DNA of 64,000 nucleotides from Lama guanicoe (lineage: Eukaryota). How positions within the stretch are numbered: position 1 is the first letter of the stretch; the number at the start of each line of letters is the position of its first letter. The translations under genes were made by a program, and so were the position numbers. This document shows positions 50,600 to 61,281 of the stretch, in pieces. Below the pieces are notes generated by a model that saw nothing but the letters and a program-made list of their open reading frames with translations, had not been told where the DNA came from and did no database searches. The stretch lies in NCBI GenBank assembly GCA_013239625.1, contig MU053754.1:493379-557378 (forward strand), written 5' to 3'.

Positions 50600-51950
50600 A
50601 AATGGAAGTTTGATATTGACCAAGAGGGTTTGATCTGTTGTTGCTCCAACAGGCTATGATGCCATCTTCTTGGCTGAGACTTTTCTTAGCTGATGTCAAA
50701 CCTGATTTTGGCAGTGAGGCCAGCATAACCCAGAATATACATGCACCAGAATAACTAAGATACTTCTCAGCCAGTAGTCTGGCTTTTAGGGGATACACAG
50801 GAAGTCTGTATCCAGTCCATGTATCAATCCATGGATGGGGGCATGACTCTGTGATAATAGCAAGGAATTCTTCTCATTGTTGGGCGTATCGTTCTGGAAT
50901 GACCCAATCAGAAGTGCAGATCTAGGAAAACAAAATGTTTCCATTGAAATCCATTTGATGGAAATCAAGGACAGTAGAAGTTCCTGTCCCCTAGTGTTAG
51001 TGCCTTCACCTCCTCGTGGCACCCAGGGATTGTGTGATACCCCGCAGATCCTGCGCGCTCTCTGGGTGACTGCGGTTGTCACTGTTTTGTTGGTGTATTG
51101 TGGGTGAAAGCCAGAGGTTGGTTTTGATGTATCAGAGATTTCTTTCACGAGTCTCAGAAAAACCCATTGCAAAATGCTGGTACTTTCCGTGATTTCAAAT
51201 TTCCAGTGGTCTGACTGTTGGTATTCCTCAGCAAACAGTGAGCTCCTATTATTCAAAAAAGAAAAGTATGACTTCTATTATTAGGATTTAGAGCCCAAGA
51301 AATTTATACCCTTACAATTACCTAATTTGAAAAAGAAAGATTTCCCCAGACATTGAGGAAAGGGGGGAATCAAAAGAGACATTTAGTGCCATTCTAAGTC
51401 TCTTTCCTGATTCTCCTAATACTCTCTGGGTGTCCGTCCTCTGATTCTCAGGGCACCGTGCACATTGCTTTATCATGATGCACAGCACACTGTACTGGAA
51501 TTCCTTGTTTGCAAGTCTCTCTCTAGTACTAGACTGGAGGGCAGAAACCATGTCTTTCTTACATTTGCATTCCCAGCAGTCAGCAAAGAAATGAGCACAT
51601 ACCGGATATAAAAACCCTGAAAAAAAAAGTGTTGAGTGATTTAATGACTGGCTACAGGACAAAAAGGAACTTCACTATCCAATCAAGGATTGCGTCCTTG
51701 GAGAGGACACGCAGTCAGTGAGCTGAAATGAAAATGTGAAATGAAACGTCGTGGAAGCCAGACAATCCCTCTGAATAAGGTGCTTGAGTTCATTCAATAT
51801 TTGGAGAGAATCAGCTCCTTACTATACCTGCTCGGAAGAATGAGGGAGGTGTGGAGAGATTATCCCAATCTGGTTTTGCTCAGATTAAGCAATGTGTTTT
51901 CAGGACCCTTCTGTGGATACTGAGACAGTCTTGTTGATCAAAGTCCATTC
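50600..51950 (+). mobile_element. Ancient CR1/L3-clade LINE ORF2 endonuclease relic, interrupted by an L2 3' end (~51400-51650)
   Basis: Frame-shifted motifs appear in the expected order: GYDAIFLAETFL (cf. YDxIxITETW), SIEIHLMEIK (cf. ESLWVxIK), CFVGV, RDFKFPVV (cf. GDFNxPxIxW), and later YPNLVLL (cf. xLDLVLT). Confidence 0.45.
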
Positions 51951-54082
51951 TGAGTGAATCCGATCAGTGTGGAATGTCTTTCAACGTGGAAATGTCCAGA
52001 GCTGCATGGATACACTTTGTGGAATAATGTGATTATGAGATCAACCAAGGATGACCTAATGCAAAGCGTTTAAGAAGTCCTAGAAGATTCTGGGTGAAAA
52101 TCACCTCATACGTAACAATGAGAGTTAATTGCTAAGTCCCCTGTCACCTGCTTGGAATGCTTGTCCATAAAACCCCTTTCCAAAGAGGCAGTTGGGTTGT
52201 CACCCTCAAATTGTGAGGACGCTGAGCCTCCCTGAGTCCATTAGACTTTCAACATGTTTTTCCTGTATAAAGATTTCCATTTCTGAGCCACTGCAAAGAA
52301 AGAGAGCAGTATGTCGAGTTGGTCTCTTGAACAGGAAGGTCCTTTTTGTAATATCAAGCAGTTAGAGTTGTCCCTGTGTGCATTCAGAGGAGTATAAAGC
52401 ACCTGGCTGAGCAGAGCTGTGCCTATCCATAAAGCGCCAGATGGCCCCTAGACACCAGCTTTGCTTACTAATCAAAAGCAGTGTCATCTGTGTACTGGCT
52501 TAATGCACAGGTTGATTAAGTTATGCAGTTATCGTGGGACTCGGGGAGCTTTATAACCGTGCCAGCTTCTACGCCTTTACAATTCGTAATGTTTATGGAC
52601 CACTTTGGGGATTTTTCTCCAAGGATAAATCAGTCCCTTTAATCTGTTATCATCTGTACATCACCGAGGTATTTTTCTCTGTGCGTCTACCTGTTTGCAG
52701 GATGAATGAAACTCCTTCTTTTGGATCTTGATGCAAGAACCAAGTGGCAGCTCCAGACCGCTGGGAACCCTGTCACACATCGAGCTTTCGGACCCACGAG
52801 CCATCAACATTTTTTTAAAACCAGTAAGGATTTGGAACTATGTTGCTGTCCCCAAACCAGATTTTAAAAACTGGATACGGTGGCAGAGTTGACCAATGCA
52901 CCTGGCCTTTCTTCAGAGAGCTTTTCTGTGCCTTTCTGCTTGAAGAAGGGGAGTTGATACCTATGGCTCTCTGCCATCCCCTTTAAAGGAAATCTTGCAG
53001 ATAGTCCCCTTCACAGTTTACCAATAGCAGTAACTATTTCACATAGGGATTATATGTTTCTATTTTTTGAAAAACAGGAGAGACTTTAAAATGTGATAAC
53101 CTTGGACAGCAGTATGATTTTTTAACAAGAATATGTTTTTCATAAGCTGCAGTGGAAGACTAGTTAATCGTCTAATACATTTCATCTGAATGCTGTTTGT
53201 TCTATTATTTCTATATTTCAGTTCTTCATATTTTTTAATCTTAAAAAAAAGATGTGTTTTAGACATAGGTGGCTCTGACATTGTCCAGTTCTAATTTTCC
53301 AAACAGACACTTCTGAGATGATTAAAAAAATGTTACAATTTGGCTTTTGCACAAGTAATCGAGTTATACTTCCCAAGAATAAAGCTTTTTTTTCAATAAA
53401 ATTTAAACTATAATACCCATCATACAGTGAACTCCGGATTTCAAAATGATGAGGAAATCAGTGTATTAATTTCAAGAAGTGTTACTGGTAGAGCTGTCTG
53501 CTGCTCTTGCGATGTTAATAGTGTGTATCTTTCTACAGTGGAGACGTCATGAGAATCAGCTTTTTAAATGGCTTGATAAGAAGTCTACAGTGTGTGCAAG
53601 ATCGAAGAATCTGTTTATTTGTTCAGCCTTTTAATGAGAGTCTAGTGGAGATGTGGCTTCCTTTTTCTAGGAGACTGGCTTCTCACAGTAATTGTGAATA
53701 TTCTTTTGTGTTTCATAGACCTGTATGTTCTGCTAAGTCAAGATTTCAGACAGAGCTCAATAAAATTCATTATGTTACTTGGTGACTCAGTAGGGCTGTA
53801 GATTTTTCCTTGTCCAAACTGTCCAGAAACCATCACAGCCTCTTCCCATCAGGGTGCTGGCTACCCACACTTCATGCGGGTGGTGGCAGCCCCTCTCTGG
53901 CCTGGTGTCTCACTTTGTTGCTACCTTTCCCTTGGCAGAAGGTCCACTTGCTTTCACATCGCATTAAACTCAAAGTCATAAGGAGAGCCAAATTCTGGGA
54001 CTGTAAACACAGCTTCTCTTTCATGTCTACCCAGGCATTTCTGTTACACTACAGTGAATCTCTATCAGTTAAAATTCATAGT

Positions 54083-55020
54083 GTACAGATGGCAAACAAG
54101 CCAATGAAAAGATGCTCCACATCATATGGCATCAAATGTAAATTAAAACAAAAACGAGATACCACCACCCAACTGTTAGCACGGTGGGAATGCGAAACAC
54201 TGACACCACCAAGTGTTGGTAAGGAGATGGAGCCATGGGAACCCTCTCTTGTCCATCGCTGGTTGGAATGCAAAATGGTACAGTCACTTCTTACAAAACT
54301 GAACATGCTCCCACCATACAGTCCAGCAAGTGTGCTCCTTGGTGTGTATCCAGAGGAGTTGAAAACTAACACCCACACATAAACCTGCACATGGATCTTT
54401 ATAGCAGCTGTATTCAGAATTGCCAAGGCTTGGAAACAACCAGGATGTCCTTCAGTAGGTGAATGGATACACAAACTGTGGTCCATCCAGACAACAGAGT
54501 ATCATTCAGTATGAAAAAGAAACGAGTTATCAAACCATGACAGACATGGAGGAACCTGAAATGCGTATTACTGAGTGAAAGAAGCCTGTCTGAAAAGGCT
54601 GCATTCTGTATGATTCCAGGTGTGTGACATTCTGGAAAAGGCAAAGCGGTGGAGATAGTAAAAAGATCAGGAGTTGGGCTGGGTGGGGGAGGAGGGGTGA
54701 ATAAGCAGAGCTCAGAGGAAATTTAGGGCAGAGAAAATACTATGTATGACACTATAATGGTGGACGGGTCATTATGCATTTGACCAACACGTAGGATGTA
54801 TATATAGCACAAGGAGTGAACCCTGATGTCAACAGTGGACTCTGGGTGATAGTGATGTGTCAACGTGGGCTCACTGATTGAGATAAGTGAGCACTCTGTT
54901 TGACAAGAGAGGAGACCCTACATGTGCAGGGGCTGACTGTACGTGCGAAATCTCTGTACCTTCCTCTTGATTTTACTGTGAACCGAAAACTACTCTCAAA
55001 AAATAGTCAATAAAAACAAA
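54083..55020 (+). mobile_element. L1MC1/L1MB-type ORF2 end and 3' UTR
   Basis: 'cagatggcaaacaagccaatgaaaagatgctccacatc...ggaaacaaccaggatgtccttcagtaggtgaatggata...ttactgtgaaccgaaaactactctcaaaaaatag'. Confidence 0.9.
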
Positions 55021-55310
55021 AACAAAACTAGTAGGGTAGTCACATTTTCATGGACGACGTCTGATGATTGTAAGAGATTGAAGGCTTAATTTATTTTCTT
55101 TAAATGCAGTGTAATCCTCTGGTTGTTACAAAATCATGCATACCCTATGTTTTCTCTCTTGGTTTACTGTGTAGTTCGTTTGCAGTCATTCTGGCTCGCA
55201 GCCCTTGCTGGGGTTATTTTATGAACCCCCTGTGTGTCCTGGAACCAGAAACATGCCTCCTGACCCTGCCTTCCAGGCTGCATCCTTTGCCTTTCTTTTG
55301 GGTTGGTTTT

Positions 55311-55599
55311 TTTTTTTTAACATTTTTTATTGATTTATAATCATTTTACAATGTTGTGTCAAATTCCAGTGTTCAGCACAATTTTTCAGACATTCATGGA
55401 CATATACACACTCATTGTCACATTTTTTTCTCTGTGATTTATCATAACATTTTGTGTATATTTCCCTGTGCTATACAGTGTAATCTTGCTTATCTATTCT
55501 ACAATTTTGAAATCCCAGTCTATCCCTTCCCACTCTCTACCCCCCTGGTAACCACAAGTCTGTATTCTCTGTCCATGAGTCTATTTTCTTTCTATCTCC
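55311..55599 (-). mobile_element. Young 5'-truncated L1 with an intact target-site duplication
   Basis: Antisense L1 tail flanked by identical TTTGGGTTGGTTTT at 55297-55310 and 55600-55613. The latter is followed by AAA, giving the L1 endonuclease TTTT/AA site. Confidence 0.9.
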
Positions 55600-57657
55600 T
55601 TTGGGTTGGTTTTAAACCGTATGACCCAGCCCCTTTCTGTGTGTTTCCGTATTGCTCTCTTTTTGTCCAAACATGTGTTTTATTTTCATTTTTCAGTTTT
55701 ATTAGGTAGAATTGTTATGATTTGCACATATACAATATATTGCATGTAAATACATAGGTACAATATACTGCATGTATTTTTTAAATTTACATGTATGTAT
55801 TGTTCATTGTTTCTAAGAATGTTAATAAAGAGCTTTAGCTTTTTAAACTTACATAGTTATCAAAGGAATAAAGCCAAGCAGAAAAGAAGAATTAACTCAA
55901 AAAGGAACATATACCCTGCTATTAACAGCAACATTATTTATAATTGCCAAGATATGGAAGCATCCTAAGTGCACATCAATAGATGAATAGATAATGGAGA
56001 TGCAGCATATGTATTTAATGGAATACAACTCACCCATAAGAAAGAAGGCTATTTATATTTGCATCCCTTCATTCACTTTTTTTTTCACTGCAAAAAGTAA
56101 AATTTTATAACTGACACAAACATTTCCATTGCATCAAATGCATGATGTTTCTAATAATTTTAGGAACAGTTTGCTAAGTGCCCACCATGAGCTACCTATT
56201 CCACTGAACACTAGACATCGTTCTATTGTTTATTCTGCCCAACAGTGTGGGCCACAGGTGGGCGGTTATTTTATCCCTTTTGAGATCAGTGACTTGAAAT
56301 TTACTGAAATTCTGTAACTTTCCCAAGGTTATGCAGCTGAGAATTGGACCAGCCTGAATCAAAGAGCTATGTGATCCCAAAGCCCCTACTGCCCCTGCCC
56401 CGCACATCACATTATTTTTAAAAATTAAAAAAAATTTTTATTGAAGTATAGTTGGTTTACAATGTTGTCTTAGTATCTGGTGTCCAGCAGAGTAATTCAG
56501 TTATACATATATATTCTTTTTCATATTCTTTTGCATTAGAGGTTATTACAAGATACTGACTGTATCCCCTGTGCCAAAGCCCCAACTTTTGATCCCCAGG
56601 GTGCCTCCTGGTGGAGATCCTGGCTTCCGTCCCTGGCTCGCTCCCAGGTCTAGTGGAGGCCAAGCCGTCTTGGCCCCCGGCTCTGTTTGCAGCTGTGTCC
56701 AGTGCTTCTCTGTCTGCCTGCTAAATTTCTGTCCGAGCTATTGACGCTTCTCCATACTTGTGTTCCTTCATGCATTCCTTCTTTGCACATGTGGTTCCCT
56801 TGGCTTTCTTGGTGTTTTCTCCCTCCTCTGCCCGTTTTGTTACATTCTCACCCTACAGCGCCCACTTCAAGAATCACCTGCCATGTGTAATGCTTCCTCG
56901 GCCACCTCCTGCCGAACGCCTTGGGTCTGAGCTCTGTTAGGTCACTCCTCGCATCCAGCTGCGGTTGCTTTCTGGTGTGACTCTGTTTTACTGCAAGTTC
57001 CTTAAAGACAGGGTCAGGTTTCATTCATCTTTGTATCTCCCACACCATCCCCAGGGGTGAGACCTTGATGGTGATGTGATAAATGTTTCCTCGTTATCCG
57101 CGTTAATGTTTCCTGCCACTGTGCACGCTACTCTCCACCAGCCCTGTTTGACCCTTGTGCCTACTGTACCGTCACCGCAAGGTCATGGCATCTAAGAGCA
57201 TCCCTCCACTACGTCTTCTCCACCCTCTAAAACGGATCAACTCTGTGCCTCTTCACCTCTGGGGTAGGGCATGGACATCTTACGGGCAATTTGTCTTCAA
57301 AGCTTTTGCTCACGTAGTCTTCCTTGTCTGCAAACCCTTGCCCTCCCACCTCACCCTCCATCAAATTCCACGTGTCCTACTTTTCCATCAGTGTCTAACG
57401 TGGCGCCCACCTTTGCCTTGTGCTTCTCTGGACATGCTTCTTGGCGATGCTTATACCCTGTGGAATGACATTACTGGTGTGACCATAAGGCCTTATTGTG
57501 TTTCGTCTCCTGTTTTCACAGAGAGAGAGACAGATGAACCTTGAGATCAGAAACAGCTGTCTGTCTTTCCCCTGTTCGTGTAGTTTTCATCAGTGATGGT
57601 GACGTGCTGCATGTTTGTCCATCAGTAACTGTGGATTCAGCATAAGCAGTAGTGTCA

Positions 57658-57795
57658 GGGGAGGGCATAGCTCAGTGGTAGAGTACATGCTTAGCATGCA
57701 TGAGGTCCTGGGTTCAATCCCCAGCACCTCTGTTAAAAAACAAACAAGTAATAAATAAACCTAATTACCTCCCCTGAAAAAAGAAAAAAATAAAA
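57658..57795 (+). mobile_element. tRNA-Ala(AGC)-derived SINE (camelid vic-1 type)
   Basis: GGGGAGGGCATAGCTCAGTGGTAGAGTACATGCTTAGCATGCATGAGGTCCTGGGTTCAATCCCCAGCACCTC, followed by 'aaataaacctaattacctcccc' and an A-tail. Degenerate TSD taagcagtagtgtca (57643-57657) / taaatagtagcgtta (57796-57810). Confidence 0.9.
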
Positions 57796-59159
57796 TAAAT
57801 AGTAGCGTTAATAAAAGGATAGCCATCGGTGGGCACTTGTAAGAAGAGCCCCTCTTTTGTGTCCCTCCGTGTTCCTCCGTCACCAACTTTCTTCACCTGT
57901 GTGTCTGGTACCTACTCAGCCTACGTGCCCAGTTTTCAAGGATGGCGAGTTTGGTTGCACCATGGCCTCTGCACAAACTGTTCGCTCCCCGAGCCCGCCC
58001 TCCTCCCTCCTCTGTTCCCACTCTGTGTCGGGGGTCTCCCCACCGGTGCTTTGGACCAGCTGAAGTCTGCTTCCCTTCAGGTTGGCATCTCAAATGCTGA
58101 CCTTCCTGGTTGAGGCAGACAGAGACGCCGTCTCCTTCCTGTGTTCTTGATCCTCTAGCACAAGATCTATCGACTGGCTCAATGCTGCTTATTTACAGAA
58201 ACATGTTTATGTATGGCACTGTTTATGGATGGACAGAGCCTGAAGTTGTCCTGCTCCTCTTTGTCTCCGAGTACCACGCCATGTGCCTAGTCCATCCTGG
58301 CCAGGAAGTAGTTACCGAGAGGTCCTTCCAACTGCAGACCCACTTTACAGACTTATCCAGCCTTGGGCTACCTTGTGATGGAAAAGAGTGACTTTCTTTC
58401 ATGAACAAGAAGCACAAACGTCCACATCAATGCTTTTACTTCAAGAATTGAACTACTAATTTTTTTTTTAAATCCTCCCATTTTTACGAGTTTGCTAGGA
58501 TGTGTAAATGAGTTAGTGTCTTTCACCCAAACTATAAAGAGATAGCTGGTCACTTTCTTTACGTCTGCGTTGCTAGAGTTGATTAGAATGGGGTTGTGTA
58601 GCCCCTTCAAAGAGCAAGTGTTTTCGAGTGCGGTGGAGAGTCCTGATTTCAGCAGCTCCTGAGTGACGTGATTTTTGTGGAAATGAGAGTCGTGGTACCT
58701 TTCTCGAGACTACGGTTGATTTCTCACTTTGCCTTCCATCAGATGCACGACCCAGGCGTGTCCCTCCCAGGTCCGGCGCCCTCATTTGTAAAATACAGTA
58801 TCTCACACCCTGATTTTATAAGAGATGGTGTGAAGATGCTTTATGAATATAAAGTGTTTATTAGTTTAATAATAATTACTCAAATTCATTTCACTACGTT
58901 TCCCAATGCATATACTTTAGCTTCTTCTTATTTTTCTCTTATTACATCCTTATTTCTTCTTTCCCTCCTTCTTCTTTCCATCTCCCCCTCTTCCTCCTCC
59001 TCCTTTTTGTCTTTCCCAAAGGATGCCTTCTCGTAACTGGCGTTCACCTGGACAGGAGGTTTTTGTTCTATTGTTCATTAAGATGATACAGTAGGGGGCT
59101 TCAGGAATTTTAGCTCAAATGCATTTTTCTCTAGACAAGAAGAATAAAAGATCAAATGA

Positions 59160-59350
59160 AAGGCAGCTAACATTTCTGAGGCAGGTCCACATCTCAGACG
59201 GCGCTGCTGCTGCTCTCCACTCAGTGATTCACTCGCTCCTCCCCGCAGCCCTTCGGGTGGCCGTGGCTGTGGCCGTGGCTGGCTTCACTTTCAGGGAGGG
59301 ATGCAGGCAGCGTGCCACCTGCGCCTGGCAGACCCACAGCCTGTGCAGAA
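59160..59350 (-). mobile_element. MIR SINE, strongly GC-shifted
   Basis: 'gcagctaacatttctgag...ctcctccccgcagcccttcgggtgg...ttcactttcagggagggatgcaggc...cacagc' is colinear with the reverse MIR consensus. Confidence 0.55.
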
Positions 59351-61126
59351 AACTGTAGCACATTTCACCATTTAGCAGCGTTCGGAGAGTAGTTTGAGGG
59401 CCCTGGTTGAAAAAAGTAAAAATCACACTCCATCTTCATGGATGGACGTCTCCCCCAACATCTTTAGGTGGGATTCGTACCAGCGTGTGAGTCAGACACA
59501 CCCTGGCTCTGTTCTGAGCTATTGGGTCCAAGCCATTTGTTCTGGCTCCTCATCTCCTTACGCTGACGAGCTTAAGTACTTAATACAAATAACAAAAACG
59601 TCTTCAGAGAGGAAGGTGGTGCTGACAGCGGGCACCCTACTTCACGCTCTTTCCTTTTTAATGTCTGTTTGTTTGGGCCCTGACATTTCCATATGAAATA
59701 TTCTTCTGCCTAAAACTGAAACACCTCTATTTCATTCTCTTCAAGATCATGAATTCTTGATAAAGACATGCTGTTTTCCGTGGGGCCTTGTTTCTGTTTT
59801 CTTACTTTGCCTCTGCCTTGTGATTTATGTACAGTTCCGTTCTTTGATGAGAACACGTCTTTGCCATATGTCTCCCACTTTGTTTTTCCTACAAACGGCT
59901 TTCCCCCCTTTGTTTAATTTCCCTGCAGCATGCACGCTCTGTTCATTTTCATGTGTATCTCACGGTTACTCGATTCACTTCATGAGCCGTGACTTGTGTC
60001 ACCCTGAGCGCAACCATCAGGTGAACGTTCTCAGTCAGCTTCTTGAGTCACCCATGTACTTGGGCACGTGGCGATTCTGCGGAATGCCTGGCGCTGGTGA
60101 GGCTGGTTGAGTCCACAACACTGCTTTCCATTGTTTCCCTAAGTGTTCCCAAAAACTCATAAGAAACAAGCATCATCTATTTTCATTTTTCTCCTTAAAA
60201 AGGTTTTCTTGTCTACTGGATGGGACACATGTCCTTATGAGTCAGTCCCTTGTGTTTGGGTCTTTCGCAGCATTTATTTTGAAAATAAAATCAACAGACT
60301 TCTATAGATGTTGGGTTGGAAAATAAAGCCCTTCATTTACAGAGCTATTGCAAAAATGTAAACATCTGGAACATTGATAGTTGGCTGAGGAGAGCAGTGG
60401 TTCTAGGGGTTGCCAGTTCCCTGACGGTATTTTCTTTTCCTCTGATTCTGAACGATGTCTGCTTGTCTAATCCTTCTCTAAGGGTGCTCAATAAAGTAGA
60501 CAATTTTAAATAATGATTTGCTCCCCAGCAAGGAGGTGGGAGATGTATGTGTATACACACATGCACACACACACAGACACACACACACATGTATGTATCT
60601 GGACATCTGTGCACACACGCACATACACCTCCACCACACCTGGGTGTGTGCATACATATGTGTGTAATAGTAACGCACAGTTAGGCTGCAACCTGACATA
60701 TAGCCGATGGCAGGACCTGTGTAGGGGTGAGGGAGAACTGGAGGGCAGAAGGCCAGAGAAGCCCCTGCCATCACACGCGTTCCACTTAATTCTAGGGCAG
60801 GACAGCGTGTAAACCTAGGATGTGGGGCCGTGTGTGACAAGGGCGTTTTGGTAGCTTCGATGGTAGACGTTACCACTGAAGATTAGGGAGACCCAGACAG
60901 GGTCAGGGAAGAGGAAGTAGAAATTGAGCCCCTCTGGGAGATGGAGAGAAATGCTAGCGACAAGAGTCCGCATGGGTCACTGTGCAAACCAGCCACCTGG
61001 AATTTGAGTGGATGGCCTGTTTCCAACAAAGGGCCGAGCTGGAAAGCAGGAAGCAAAGCACATGTCCACGGGAAGGCTTAGCGCTAAGTGGGCCCAGAGC
61101 TCAGCAGCTTCCTCAACTTTCCTGTT

Positions 61127-61281
61127 ATTAAAAAGATAAAGCATATTCAGTGAGAGAAACACTTTACAAAATGAAGATATCATTAAAAAGATAAAGCATA
61201 TTCAATGAGAGAAACACTTTTCAAAATGAAGATATCATTAAAAAGATAAAACATATTCAGTGAGAGAAACACTTTCCAAAA
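61127..61281. repeat. 55-bp minisatellite, about 2.8 copies
   Basis: Unit ATTAAAAAGATAAAGCATATTCAGTGAGAGAAACACTTTACAAAATGAAGATATC starts at 61127, 61182 and 61237, with very few mismatches. Confidence 0.95.

Noticed and set aside
53810..54644. 190-aa, 136-aa and 76-aa ORFs
   Set aside because: They lie largely within a decayed L1 ORF2 C-terminus and 3' UTR.
57658..57732. tRNA-Ala(AGC) gene
   Set aside because: It has A and B boxes and an AGC anticodon loop, but also an altered acceptor stem, a SINE-specific tail, poly(A), a degenerate TSD and a second diverged copy at 25088-25190. It is a SINE, not a tRNA gene.
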